From Pristiophorus japonicus (taxonomy: Eukaryota): a stretch of DNA of 64,000 nucleotides. The stretch covers positions 43,400,001-43,464,000 of the forward strand of contig NC_091998.1 of NCBI RefSeq assembly GCF_044704955.1, written 5' to 3'. Within the stretch, counting starts at the first letter, position 1, and each line of letters opens with the position of its first letter. The position numbers and the translations under genes are program-made. Positions 32,297-46,038 of the stretch are shown here, piece by piece. The notes beneath the pieces are model-generated. The model was given only the letters and a program-made list of their open reading frames with translations. It did no database searches and was not told where the DNA came from.

Positions 32297-34419
32297 AAGC
32301 TCTGGAATTCCCTCCCTCAACTTCTCCGCCTTGCTACCTCTTTTTCCTTTAAGACGCTCCTTAAAACCTACCTCTTTGATCAAGCTTTTGGTCATCTGCC
32401 CCAATATCTCCTTATGTAGCTCAGTGTCTGATAACGCTCCTGTGAAATGGCTTGGGACGTTTTACTACATTAAAGTCGCTATATAAATGCAAGTTGTTAT
32501 GTTGTTGCAGAGAACTAGATTTATCAATTAATTACAAAACCCTCGTCAACAATATTAAAAGAACACCTTTCCTATTAACTTGTTGTGCAACAATTCCTTC
32601 TCAAAATCTTTTTAAAACAATTTTTAATATAAAAATGGCTATGGACAAAGCACATGAAAAACATTAAAATGATTAGGGCAACAGATAAATGGATGTGTTC
32701 TGTGGGTATGCAGTTTCTCACCAAAAACCAAGACCTACTTCCAGTGTGGTGCGAAGATTTACAGTGCAGATCTCAGGGCCGACCCCCAGTTTGTGCTGAG
32801 TTAGCTTAATCTCACTCTGCCTCCAATGGTGGGGCAAAGGGAGGGGAGATGTTCACAAACGACAGGAGTCAGAGAACCAAAAGGTGCCGGAGGGAATGTA
32901 AAGCTGGAGGAAGTTGCAGAGATAGGATAGGGTGAGGCTATGGATGTTAATAGAAGATAGGATTTAATCTTTATGTTTTTGGAGGGGGGGGGGGCAGAAC
33001 AAGGAGAAATTGTAGGTCTAGAACTCACTCCCTAAACCGCTCCACCTCTCTACCTCTCTTTCCTACTTTAAGACACTAGTAAGGACAAGTCTGAAGATAA
33101 TGAAAGTATGGATAAGGGTTCCAGCGGCAGTGAGATTGGTGTGGTGGTCAGCAATGTTATTGAAGTGGAAATAAGCAATGTTAGTGATGTATAGAATCAT
33201 AGAATGGCTACAGCACGGAAGGCAGCTATTCGGCCCATCGAACCCGCGCCGACTCTCAGCTAGTCCCATTCCCCTGTCCTTTCCCCATAACCCTGCAATT
33301 TTTTCTCCTTCAGATACTTATCCAACTCGCTTTTGAAAAATAAAATTGAGTTTGGTTGCCAGATTTGAAGCTGAACTCGAGGTTGAATAAGGTGCCAAGG
33401 TTTCACATACTCTGGTTCAGCTTGAGCAGGGGGCTAGGAAGCAGGTGGAGACAGTGGGAAGGGAACAGAGTTTATGGAAGAGACCAAAAAATGATGGTTC
33501 CCGATGAGTATCCCAGCTTCAGTCAGTTCTTTTGTCATTTGTTGAATAACTCATTATAGGCCAGTGTAAGAGAAAGAGACAAAATAGAATCAACAATCAA
33601 GATGTAGAGAGAACGCTAACTACCCTCCCACCCATTTAGAACTGATAAAAGCACAGCATAATGTAGCCCAGCTTAATAGCATGGGCAAGAAAGGAGGAAC
33701 AGAGAGGGACAAAGTCCATGGCAAAGCTTAAAAAGATGTGCGTTCATCTAATTTTCAATCTAAAACATGCCGCCATGGGAGATGATACTTCAAGGAAAGT
33801 CAGAGGACAGTAACCCAAGACAGAATTGTACAAGTTTCCCCCCCCCCCACCATCGTAACCTTGAACCGGGTCAGTCTCTAGCTTTTCTCCCATCTTCCCT
33901 CGTGCCTTCTCTGAGCTCATCTTGTCCCAGAGACCCACCTCATGCTCTGTTGACTCCCATTCCCATTAAACTGACCATCCCAACTTCCTTTTCTAGCCTG
34001 CATTCGAGCTGATATTGTAAATGGTTCCCAATCAGGTTTCCGCCTCTGCCACAGCACTGAAACGGTTCTAATGGAAGTCACAAAGGACATCCTATGTGAC
34101 GGTGACCATGTATACTCAGGATACTCCTCATCCTTCTCGAGCTCTGCAGCCTGTGCCATGGTTAACCACACCATCCTCTTCCAACGCCACTCCTTTGTTG
34201 TCCATCAGAGTGGGACTAACTCTGCTTCCTTGTATTCTTACAATCAAAAATGTTCTAGATAGTGATGTTAAATGTTTTGGGACTATTAGCAGCAAAGTTC
34301 TGAAACCGACCCCCCATAAATGAATTATCATATCAGTTTGATCTACATCCAAGTTGAAGAAGTTTAAGGGTCAAAATTATCTCTTGGACATTGCCAAAGT
34401 TCATAAAATGTCTGAGTCA

Positions 34420-34719
<300 letters not shown>

Positions 34720-35777
34720 CTATTTTCTATGTTTCTAAAAATGGTCTGAGGAAGGGTCATTGACCTGAAACATTGAGTCGGTTTCTCGCTCCACAGATGC
34801 TGCCTGACCTGCTGAGTACTTCCAGCATTTTCTGTTTTAACCAAAATTGTTGGTATTTTCGAATGCATTTCTTTAGGATTGGGTCAATGCAGTGGAGTGC
34901 TTGGTTCCCACCCCGAAGGCTGTTGGTTGAAGAGCTGGTGACAAAGAGCACTCCCCGTGATGATTCCAAACCTCATTTTCCGCCCGGCTCGGTTTTACTT
35001 TAGTTTCCAATTTATGCCAACCCAGATAAATTAGAAGTATCTGAAACAATGCAAGGAAGTGTTTTGTATAGTTTATGACTCTTCCCCAGTTCTTAACTGG
35101 TCTGTCAATCCTTCTCTACACCACAATACTCATTGTACCAGCTGATCATTGCAGACAGGCCATTGCTGCACAATCACGGGGTGGAGTATGGCACAGAAGT
35201 AGATACTTGTGAACTTGTGAATGTTGCACTTATCAAGTTGGACAATTGTAATGAATTTAAACAATATTTCTCCTGAATGGCCTACTAGGTAAATGTACTG
35301 CCCTATGTGGTTTTAAGCCCTATAGATCAGAGAGAACATTGAGAGGTTTTCCCTTTGGTCTATACAGAGCTCGCTAATCTCAACTAGTATGGTAGTAGGA
35401 AAGCATTAATTAGCTTCAGTACGAGGACTAGGAAAGGAGAGGAGGGGGAGGGGGGGAAATCAGTTAGTGTTCCTGTTTGTGAACATTATTCAAGGACCTC
35501 TCCTGCAGAACGCACCTGTGGATATCAACTAAGGCCAGCATTAGACCCAGCATGGTCAAAGTCATGAGAACATAAGAAATAGAAGAAATAGGAGCAGGAG
35601 TCGGCTATTTGGCCTCTCGAGCCTGCTCCGCCATTCAATAAGATCATGGCTGATCTGATCTTGGCCTCAGCTCCACTTCCCTGCCCGCGCCCATAACCCT
35701 CGACTCCCTCGAGTCCTGTTAGCACTCAAGCCTAAGGCTTGTATGTAAATAATAACTGCTTCGGTGAAGTACTCCCA

Positions 35778-36174
35778 AAGCAAGCACTCTACTTGGAACT
35801 CCTACACAGCAAGCGAGGCCCAGGTGGGTAGAGGAAACGTTTCAAGGACACCCTCAAAACCTCCTTGATAAAGTGCAACATCCCCAACGACACCTGGGAG
35901 TCCCTGGCCAAAGACCGCCCTAAGTGGAGGAAGAGCATCCGGGAGGGTGCTGAGCACCTTGAGTCTCGTCGCCGAGAGCATGCAGAAATCAAGTGCAGGC
36001 AGCGGAAGGAGTGTGCGGCAAACCAGATTCCCACCCACCCTTTCCTTCAACGACTGTCTGTCCCACCTGCGACAGAGACTGTAATTCCCGAATTGGACTA
36101 GTCAGTCACCCGAGAACTCATTTTTGGAGTGGAAGCAAGTCTTCCTCGATTTCGAGGGACTGCCTATGATGATG
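35778..36174 (+). mobile_element. RTE LINE 3' fragment
   Basis: Encodes IKCNIPNDTWESLAKDRPKWRKSIREG and ends in gagggactgcctatgatgatg. Confidence 0.85.
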
Positions 36175-36785
36175 CCTTGGCTCCACAGAACCCTGCCCTA
36201 GCAAGTGGTCAATGAGGAAATGCAAGCAGGGGAGAAAATTACCCCTCAAAAAACACACAGGCTGTACTGAAAATATTTACAAGACACTTCAAATAAATTT
36301 ATATTTTTCTCCAATACAGCTCCATTACTGTTGAGCATTTGGATCTAATAGAAAGTAAGATGTCCATCTGACATGTTTTATACAACATGCATTTTTCAAG
36401 AACTGGGAATTACATTCGATGGACAATCGTGGACACTTTAAAAAATAACCTTTACCTGCACAGGATTACATGAGCACTGCAACCAAAACAAAAGCATTCT
36501 TTCTTGGGGTGTTTATTTTGACTCTTGTGCAGAAGGAACTTTCTTCAGTTTGCTTGTATTTTTACAAGGTTATGGCTACTTTGTAAGCTGCCATATTACA
36601 ATGTCTGACTCTCAATTAAAAGACAAGTTCAAACCCAGTCTCAGCTGAGACATGTAGACAAACAAGAACTCCGTCCAGCATTGCTCACGTCAGCTGATGC
36701 ACAGCACTGATGCAGTCTACGAGGACATGAGCAGTTTCAACCATTTTGCTCCTGATGGGAGTAAATAGGTCATTATAAAAAGAAA

Positions 36786-37746
36786 ATGACTTGCATTTCT
36801 ATAGCTCCTTTCACGACCACCGGACTTTCCAAAGCACTTTACAGCTAAATAAGGTACTTTTTGAAGTGGGGGCATTGTTGTGATGTAGGAAAGGCGGCAG
36901 CCAATTTGTGCACAGCAAGCTCCCACAAACAGCACTATGATAATGACCAGATAATTAGTTTTTAGTGATGTTGATTGGGGGATAAATTTTGGCGTGTACC
37001 TTGCAGGGGCACACCGCCACACTGCCCATGGCCGCCGTTCCTTTTATGGCCCCGACCTGCCGCTGATGGTCTCTCGCAGGTCGGGGCTGCCACGTGGGCA
37101 GTACAGCAGGAGCGGCGAGGTCGGGGTAGAAGGAGCGGCGAGAGATTGTAGAGCGACGTGATCGGGGTCCAGGAGAGGCGTGAGTTCGGGGCCAGAAGAG
37201 GCGAGGGCCCAGGGGCAGCACGGGCCAGCCCACACTGCGATATGTGCGTGCTCGGTCCATGCAGCAGAGCTGGTCTCGTCGTCCTGGTTAATCCTCGCCA
37301 CTGGACCAAGACCTAGCTCTGCCAAGCTCGTGTGCAACGGCCGCCACACGTTAAAAAAATCCACGCACAGGCATCTTCCACCCTTCAGCATGTAGTTCGG
37401 GACCTGGAATATTAAGTCCTTCATTGAAACACCTGTGAACTCATCCTTTTTTGGCATGGAAGCAAGTCATCCTGGTTTCGAGGGACTGCTTATGATGATG
37501 AAATATCGACCAGGACACCGGGAATAACTCTCCTGCTCTTCTTCGAAATAGTGCTGCGGAATCTTTAAGAGCAGACGGGCGTCGGTTTAACATTTCATCC
37601 GAAAGACGGCACCTCTTGACAGTGCAGCACTCCCTCAGCACTGCACTGGAGCGTCAGCCGAGATTTCTGTGCTCAAGTCCCTGGAGTGGGACTTGAACCC
37701 GCAACCTTCTGACTCAGAGGCGAGTGTGCTGCCCACTGAGCCACGG
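36786..37746 (-). mobile_element. DeuSINE interrupted at ~36995-37500 by a plus-strand RTE-derived bipartite SINE
   Basis: The SINE 3' half (36786-36990) and 5' half (37501-37746) flank a copy of the 30686-31092 element that ends in tatgatgatg. Confidence 0.75.
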
Positions 37747-37951
37747 CCGATAACAATAACAGGTCCTCATTTACCTAGTCCTTTCTACTCTTTACAATCT
37801 TAGTTGAAGGGCGTTGGCCTCCTTTAGGTTTCACAATAATAAAGGATAGCCATGGTTCCCTTTCCTTTTCTCGGGTAGTTTCAGGCTTTTACAAATGTTA
37901 GCAGAAGTTAACGGAACCACATTGTGTTAGGAGAAGCTAAAGTGCGCTAAC

Positions 37952-38084
37952 CTTCGAAAGCCACCAGCTAGTGTTATAATTGCAGTCGGTAGAAATCTGT
38001 GTACAGCTCCTTCCACAATTTGTCCGATCAAATCTGCCTCTGCCCTTGTAACTGGTACAATGAGGTCTTCATAATACAGCAGGC
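37952..38084 (-). CDS. POLM: DNA polymerase mu, exon 7 (GLLYYEDLIVPVTRAEADLIGQIVEGAVHRFLPTAIITLAGGFRR)
   Basis: ttttacAG|GC...AG|GTTAG, 133 nt, phase 1/2. Contains the GGFRR motif. Confidence 0.93.
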
Positions 38085-38853
38085 CTGTAAAACAAAAGAG
38101 ATTATCAGTTTTAAACAGGGACAGCCTTGGCAGCTGTTCAAAGCATTTTGAAATTTCATCCAGCTCATGTTAGTTTTTTTTTGTTGCAATGCCTGAAGGA
38201 CATTTTGCTACAAGGCCTTTTTCCAGCTTCTGCTGACTTACAGTGGGACTTGTCAGCACCAAAAGTTACAGCTCCACTGCAGGGCACCCTCGTTATCGCA
38301 GCAGAGCTGGGTTAGTACTGCAGAAGACAACCAAGTTACGCTTTCAGTGGGAATTTTTTCATCTGCTTTTTTCCACCTATACTTACATGTTAGACATTTC
38401 CCCAAAGCCCCAAATTTAAAATGTGTGTTTAAGTCTCTCAAGGCCTCGCCCCTCTCTATCTCTAACCTCATCCAGCCCTATAAGAACATAAGAATTAGGA
38501 ACAGGAGTAGGCCATTTAGCCCCTCGAGCCTGCTCCGCCATTCAAAAAGATCATGGCTGATCTGGCCGTGGACTCAGCTCCACTTACCCGCCCGCTTCTA
38601 TAAACTTCTGAGAACTCTGCATTCCTTAAATTATGGCCTCTGGTACATCCCCCACTCATTCTGCGCACCACTGGCAACTGTGACTTCAGCCGTCTAGGCC
38701 CTATTGTTTGGAATTCCCTCCCTAAACCTCTATGTCTCTATGCCTCTCCACCTCCCTGTCCTCTTTGAAGACCCTTCTTAAAACCCAAATCCTTGACCAA
38801 ACTTTTAGTTACCCCCTCCTAATGTCTTCTTCTTTGACTCAGTATCAATTTTG

Positions 38854-39091
38854 TGTCATGTATGTAGACCATGTATACTAACTGTATAGTCACATAAGAT
38901 GTGCCACCAGAGGGCACTGCGGTGGGAGACCTGAGGGTCACCTGCATAGGTGTGCAGGGCCCAGTATAAAAGGCTGCCCACCATGCTTGTGCCTCACTCT
39001 GGAGTTACAATAAATGGGACTAAGGTCACAACAGCTCAAGTACAATACTAGACCTCGTGGAGTCATTCATAAGAGTATTAAAGACGTAACA
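38854..39091 (+). mobile_element. Solo LTR (Gypsy/Mag-like family) inside an L2 fragment
   Basis: TGTCATGTAT...TAACA ends, TSD ttttg/gtttg, TATAAAA and AATAAA. Starts like the sense strand of the 11036-15635 LTRs. Confidence 0.7.
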
Positions 39092-39902
39092 GTTTGCATG
39101 ATGATGCGTTTGTGAAACAATATTAGAAATATTGGGAAATCTTGACAACTGATAAAAACTTTCTGTTCCACGACGTTAAGTGATTCATGTCAATCAGGTC
39201 CTGGACAGGATTCCTGGCTTGGGACGTTTTCTATGTTAAAAGGTCTATATAAATGCAAGTTGTTGCTGCTGCTTCTTCTAAACAGACTCTGAATGTAGAA
39301 TGAGTACATGGCATTCATACCTCTCTATGCTGCCTAAGGTGGAATTCACTGCCTCAGAGAGCTGTGGAAGCCGGGACATTGAATAAATTTAAGACAGAAA
39401 TAGACAGTTTCTTGACCGATAAGGGATTAAGGGGTTATGGGGAGCGGACAGGGAAGTGGACTCGAGTCCATGATCGGATCAGCCATGATCGTATTAAATG
39501 GCGGAGCAGGTTCGAGGGGCCGGATGTCCTACTCCTGCTCCTATTTCTTATGTTCTTATGTGTGCTGTGACTCTGGATAACTTAGTTAGACTCCGAGTAG
39601 TCCAGAGAGTAAAGGATCCATCTGATGCAGCACAAAAGCCAGAAGACCGAAAGATTCTACATTTCAATTACCAAATGTGCTCAGCTAGCCAATTGCAATG
39701 GCAGCAACAGCTGGGACACTATAATAAGTGTCCCTCAACCATCAAACCTGTCCTTGAAGGCCTTCATTTGCTCCCCATTTCCCAAAGTTTTCATTTCAAA
39801 ATCCTCGTCTTTGACTACCAATTCCTCCTTCGCTCACTTCACCCTACTTCTGCAGCCTCATCCAGACCTACAGCACATCTTGCCTCTGAATCTGGACTAT
39901 AG

Positions 39903-40576
39903 AGTTGGCGAGAGGTGGGAGCAGCGTCGGAGCGGCCTATAAAGGCCCAGCGGGAGCTCGAGGGTCAGCGGCAGTTGGCGAGAGGTGGGAGCAGCGTCGG
40001 AGCGGCCTATAAAGGCCCAGCGGGAGCTCGAGGGTCAGCGGCAGTTGGCGAGAGGTGGGAGCAGCGTCGGAGCGGCCTATAAAGGCCCAGCGGGAGCTCG
40101 AGGGTCAGCGGCAGTTGGCGAGAGGTGGGAGCAGCGTCGGAACGGCCTATAAAGGCCCAGCGGGAGCTCGAGGGTCAGCGGCAGTTGGCGAGAGGTGGGA
40201 GCAGCGTCGGAGCGGCCTATAAAGGCGCAGCGGGAGCTCGAGGGTCAGCGGCAGTTGGCGAGAGGTGGGAGCAGCGTCGGAACGGCCTATAAAGGCCCAG
40301 CGGGAGCTCGAGGGTCAGCGGCAGTTGGCGAGAGGTGGGAGCAGCGTCGGAGCGGCCTATAAAGGCCCAGCGGGAGCTCGAGGGTCAGCGGCAGTTGGCG
40401 AGAGGTGGGAGCAGCGTCGGAGCGGCCTATAAAGGCCCAGCGGGAGCTCGAGGGTCAGCGGCAGTTGGCGAGAGGTGGGAGCAGCGTCGGAGCGGCCTAT
40501 AAAGGCCCAGCGGGAGCTCGAGAGTCAGCGGCAGTTGGCGAGAGGTGGGAGCAGTGTCGGAGCGGCCTATAAAGGC
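39903..40576 (+). repeat. 70-bp tandem array (9 full units plus 44 bp) forming the CR1 5' end
   Basis: Unit agttggcgagaggtgggagcagcgtcggagcggcctataaaggcccagcgggagctcgagggtcagcggc starts at 39903, 39973 ... 40533, with only about 5 substitutions across the array. Confidence 0.97.
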
Positions 40577-40763
40577 GTACTTGTGCAGCTACAGCGGGAG
40601 AGAAAGCAAAATAGAAGTAGAAAGGAATCAAAAGGTGACGTCACAGCCAATGGGGTAAGTGATTGGCTGGTGATTGGTGAGTAGCTTTTCTTTTTGTTTT
40701 TTATATCAGTAAGTGAACTGTAACATTGTTATTACCAATTTAAGGGTATCCAAGGGTTAAGGC

Positions 40764-41716
40764 ATGGCAGGAGAGATCGGTCTCGTGATATGCTCCTCCT
40801 GTGCCATGTGGGAACTCAGGGACACTTCCGGTGTCCCTGACGACTACGTGTGTGAGAAGTGTGTCCGCCTCGAGCTCCTGACGGTCCGCGTTACGGAATT
40901 GAAGCTGAGGGTGGATTCACTCTGGAGCATCCACAATGCTGAGAATGACGTGAGTATCACGTGTAGTGAGTTGGTCTTACCGCAGGAGAAGGATCCACAG
41001 CCAGATAGGGAATGGAAGACCAGCAGGAAGAGCAGTGCAAGGAAGGTAGTGCAGGGGTCCCCTGTGGTCATCCCCCTGCAAAACAGATACACCGTTTTGA
41101 GTACTGTTGGGGGGGGGATGACTCATCGGGGGAGGGCAGCAGCAGACAAGTTCATGGCACCGTGGCTGGCGCTGCTGCACAGGAGGGCAGGAAAAAGAGT
41201 GGGAGCGCGATAGTGATAGGGGATTCAATTGTGATGGGAATAGATAGGCGTTTCTGCGGCCGCAACCGAGACTCCAGGATGGTATGTTGCCTCCCTGGTG
41301 CAAGGGTCAAGGATGTCTCGGAGCGGGTGCAGGACATTCTGAAATGGGAGGGTGAACAGACAGTTGTCGTGGTGCACATTGGTACCAACGACATAGGTTA
41401 AAAAAAAAGGGATGAGGTCCTACGAAACGAATTTAAGGAGCGAGGAGCTAAATTAAAAAGTAGGACCTCAAAAGTAGTAATCTCGGGATTGCTACCAGTG
41501 CCACGTGCTAGTCAGAGTAGGAATCGCAGGATAGCGCAGATGAATACGTGGCTTGAGCAGTGGTGCAGCAGGGAGGGATTCAAATTCCTGGGGCATTGGA
41601 ACCGGTTCTGGGGGAGGTGGGACCAGTACAAACCGGACGGTCTGCATCTGGGCAGGACCGGAATCAATGTCCTAGGGGGAGTGTTTGCTAGTGCTGTTGG
41701 GGAGGAGTTAAACTAA
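40764..41716 (+). pseudogene. CR1 ORF1 (CxxC-CxxC zinc finger/leucine zipper plus SGNH esterase), frameshifted
   Basis: Motifs CSSC...CEKC, VIGDSIV, VHIGTND and DGLHL. Breaks fall in the poly-G near 41110 and the poly-A near 41400. Confidence 0.85.
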
Positions 41717-41889
41717 TATGGCAGGGGGATGGGAACCAATGCAGGGAGACAGAGGGAGACAAAAGGGAGGCAGAGGCAGGAGACGGAGGGGAGATGGGGG
41801 GGGTTGGGGGCCGGAGAGGCCCGGGGCGGGGAACAGGAAGGGCCACTGTGCGGCAGAATTCTAAAAGGACAAAAGGTGTTAAAAAAACA

Positions 41890-44698
41890 AGCCTGAAGGC
41901 TTTGTGTCTTAATGCAAGGAGTATCTGCAATAAGGTGGATGAATTAACTGTGCAAATAGATGTTAACAAATATGATGTGATTGGGATTACGGAGACGTGG
42001 CTCCAGGATTATCAGGGCTGGGAACTCAACATCCAGGGGTATTCAACATTCAGGAAGGATAGAATAAAAGGAAAAGGAGGGGGGTTAGCATTGCTGGTTA
42101 AAGAGGAGATTAATACAATAGTTAGGAAAGACATTAGCTTGGATGATGTGGAATCTATATGGGTAGAGCTGCAGAACACCAAAGGGCAAAAAACGTTAGT
42201 GGGAGTTGTGTACAGACCTCCAAACAGTAGTAGTGATGTTGGGGAGGGCATCAAACAGGAAATTAGGGGTGCATGCAATAAAGGTGCAGCAGTTATAATG
42301 GGTGACTTTAATATGCACATAGATTGGGCTAGCCAAACTGGAAGCAATACGGTGGAGGAGGATTTCCTGGAGTGCATAAGGGATGGTTTTCTAGACCAAT
42401 ATGTCGACGAACCAACTAGGGGGGAGGCCATCTTAGACTGGGTGTTGTGTAATGAGAGAGGACTAATTAGCAATCTCATTGTGCGAGGCCCCTTGGGGAA
42501 GAGTGACCATAATATGGTGGAATTCTGCATTAGGATGGAGAATGATAGTTAATTCAGAGACCATGGTCCAGAACTTAAAGAAGGGTAACTTTGAAGGTAT
42601 GAGGCGTGAATTGGCTAGGATAGATTGGCGAATTATACTTAAGGGGTTGACTGTGGATGGGCAATGGCAGACATTTAGAGACCGCATGGATGAATTACAA
42701 CAATTGTACATTCCTGTCTGGCGTAAAAATAAAAAAGGGAAGGTGGCTCAACCGTGGCTATCTAGGGAAATCAGGGATAGTATTAAAGCCAAGGAAGTGG
42801 CATACAAATTGGCCAGAAATAGCAGCGAACCTGGGGACTGGGAGAAATTTAGAACTCAGCAGAGGAGGACAAAGGGTTTGATTAGGGCAGGGAAAATGGA
42901 GTACGAGAAGAAGCTTGCAGGGAACATTAAGGCGGATTGCAAAAGTTTCTATAGGTATGTAAAGAGAAAAAGGTTAGTAAAGACAAACGTAGGTCCCCTG
43001 CAGTCAGAATCAGGGGAAGTCATAACGGGGAACAAAGAAATGGCAGACCAATTGAACAAGTACTTTGGTTCAGTATTCACTAAGGAGGACACAAACAACC
43101 TTCCGGATATAAAAGGGGTCAGAGGGTCTAGTAGGGAGGAGGAACTGAGGGAAATCTTTATTAGTCGGGAAATTGTGTTGGGGAAATTGATGGGATTGAA
43201 GGCCGATAAATCCCCAGGGCCTGATGGACTGCATCCCAGAGTACTTAAGGAGGTGGCCTTGGAAATAGCGGATGCATTGACAGTCATTTTCCAACATTCC
43301 ATTGACTCTGGATCAGTTCCTATCGAGTGGAGGGTAGCCAATGTAACCCCACTTTTTAAAAAAGGAGGGAAGAGAGAAAACAGGGAATTATAGACTGGTC
43401 AGCCTGACCTCAGTAGTGGGTAAAATGATGGAATCAATTATTAAGGATGTCATAGCAGCGCATTTGGAAAATGGTGACATGATAGGTCCAAGTCAGCATG
43501 GATTTGTGAAGGGGAAATCATGTTTGACAAATCTTCTGGAATTTTTTGAGGATGTTTCCAGTAAAGTGGACAAAGGAGAACCAGTTGATGTGGTATATTT
43601 GGACTTTCAGAAGGCTTTCGACAAGGTCCCACACAAGAGATTAATGTGCAAAGTTAAAGCACATGGGATTGGAGGTAGTGTGCTGACGTGGATTGAGAAC
43701 TAGTTGTCAGACAGGAAGCAAAGAGTAGGAGTAAATGGGTACTTTTCAGAATGGTAGGCAGTGACTAGTGGGGTACCGCAAGGTTCTGTGCTGGGGCCCC
43801 AGCTGTTTACATTGTACATTAATGATTTAGACGAGGGGATTAAATGTAGTATCTCCAAATTTGCGGATGACACTAAGTTGGGTGGCAGTGTGAGCTGCGA
43901 GGAGGATGCTATGAGGCTGCAGAGTGACTTGGATAGGTTAGGTGAGTGGGCAAATGCATGGCAGATGAAGTATATGTGGATAAATGTGAGGTTATCCACT
44001 TTGGTGGTAAAAACAGAGAGACAGACTATTATCTGAATGGTGACAGATTAGGAAAAGGGAAGGTGCAACGAGACCTGGGTGTCATGGTACATCAGTCATT
44101 GAAGGTTGGCATGCAGGTACTGCAGGCGGTTAAGAAAGCAAATGGCATGTTGGCCTTCATAGCGAGGGGATTTGAGTACAGGGGCAGGGAAGTGTTGCTA
44201 CAGTTGTACAGGGCCTTGGTGAGGCCACACCTGGAGTATTGTGTACAATTTTGGTCTCCTAACTTGAGGAAGGACATTCTTGCTATTGAGGGAGTGCAGC
44301 GAAGATTCACCAGACTGATTCCCGGGATGGTGGGACTGACCTATCAAGAAAGACTGGATCAACTGGGCTTGTATTCACTGGAGTTCAGAAGAATGAGAGG
44401 GGACCTCATAGTAACGTTTAAAATCCTGACGGGTTTAGACAGGTTAGATGCAGGAAGAATGTTCCCAATGTTGGGGAAGTCCAGAACCAGGGGTCACAGT
44501 CTAAGGATAAGGGGTAAGCCATTTAGGACCGAGATGAGGAGAGACTTCTTCACCCAGAGAGTGGTGAACCTGTGGAATTCTCTGCCACAGAAAGTGGTTG
44601 GGGCCAATTCACTAAATATATTCAAAAGGGAGTTAGATGAAGTCCTTACTACTCGGGGGATCAAGGGGTATGGCGAGAAAGCAGGAAGGGGGTACTGA
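41890..44698 (+). pseudogene. CR1 ORF2 (APE endonuclease plus reverse transcriptase), disrupted
   Basis: Motifs [33 protein letters not shown] and FADD. Premature TAG at 43701 and several frameshifts. Confidence 0.92.
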
Positions 44699-45416
44699 GG
44701 TTTCATGTTCAGCCATGAACTCATTGAATTGCGGTGCAGGCTAGAAGGGCTGAATGGCCTGCTCCTGCACCTATTTTCTATGTTTCTATAGTGTGTCCCT
44801 CCCCACTCCACCTATGGTGACAGTGTTTCCAGCCATTACAGACCCAACTCTGGGATTCACTACCTTGCATTATCTCTCTCCACCTTCAAATACTGCCTTA
44901 AAATCTGCATCTTAAACCTCATGTTCAGCCAGCTCCACTGACTGTTCTGCTAATTCTTGGTCACTTTCTGATTTTCCCCCTCATGAAGTGCCTTGCGTAT
45001 TGCAATATATATCGAAAGCGTGATACAAATGTGAATTCACTGTCAAACGAGTCCTGCTGAAAAAAGTGTGCATATGGCAACGTCAGCCAAGGGCAAGACT
45101 GAGTTTGGCTGCAACGCCCTCCATAATGACAGCCAACTAACACTCACATCTGAGTTTACACACGAAGAATGATCACAGGCTAACAGAGCGCTGCTGGTAA
45201 CCACTGAACTGTACCTTTCATTTCGAAGAAGCAGAGAGAGAAATATATAGGTTAGACTACAAGACAACAAAGATCTCAGGTGTATTAAAACTGAAAGAAA
45301 AGAGTTCATGAGTGAACAACTTGCCTTCAATTAAATGTTATGTCATAGAATGGACAATGAAATATCCAAACATGGATTAAACTCCCCTTTTCTCCCCTTC
45401 CGCCTTGAAGAAAAAA

Positions 45417-45781
45417 AAGACTTACATTTCTATAGCGCCTTTCACAACCTCAGGATGTCCCAAAGCGCTTTACAGCCAATTAAGTACTTTTTAAAGAGCG
45501 TAGTCACTGTTGTAACGTAGAAAACACGGCAGCCAATTTGCGCACAGCAATTTCCCACAAACAGCAATGTGATAATGACCAGATCATCTATTTTTGTGAA
45601 GTTGATTGAGGGATAAATATTGGCAGGACTGGAGATAACTCCCTTGCTCGTCTTCACAATAGTGCCATGGGATCCTTTATGTCCACCTGAGTGAGCAGAT
45701 GGGGCCTCAGTTTAACGTCTCGTCCGAAAGACGGCACCTCCGACAGTGCAGCATTCCCTCAATACTGCACTGGAGTGTCAG
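45417..45781 (-). mobile_element. DeuSINE lacking most of the tRNA head
   Basis: Deu domain and L2-like tail on the reverse strand. Confidence 0.8.
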
Positions 45782-45873
45782 ATGCTGATTCTTATTGGGG
45801 TACAGTTCCAAAGTAGGAGCAGTCCTCCAGTAATCTTACCCAAGCAGCCATCGTGAGAGCCTGATCAATGTGG

Positions 45874-46038
45874 GGGTCAATTTCTGCAGGGGTTCACCTG
45901 GCTCGTCCACGGTACCTTCAGCGGAAGAGCTATGGAAATCCCGGAAACATAACGTAAATTCCGTTTACCTGGGATTTCCCGCAGTTGTTCTGCCGAATAA
46001 CAGCAGACAACTGGGAGCACCCCCATGGAAATTCACCC
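45874..46038. mobile_element. Small palindromic MITE-like element
   Basis: Imperfect terminal inverted repeats gggtcaatttc / gaaattcaccc and inner arms ggaaatccc / gggatttcc. Confidence 0.5.

Larger units (their letters stand above)
39903..44790 (+). mobile_element. Full-length CR1 LINE, antisense in POLM intron 6
   Basis: 5' monomer array, ORF1, ORF2 (APE+RT) and a 3' (ttctatgt) tail. CTATAG is duplicated at 39897-39902 and 44786-44791. The flanks rejoin as an L2-like fragment. Confidence 0.92.

Noticed and set aside
39903-40576. CRISPR-like array
   Set aside because: The units are contiguous 70-bp copies with no unique spacers, there are no cas genes, and the context is vertebrate.
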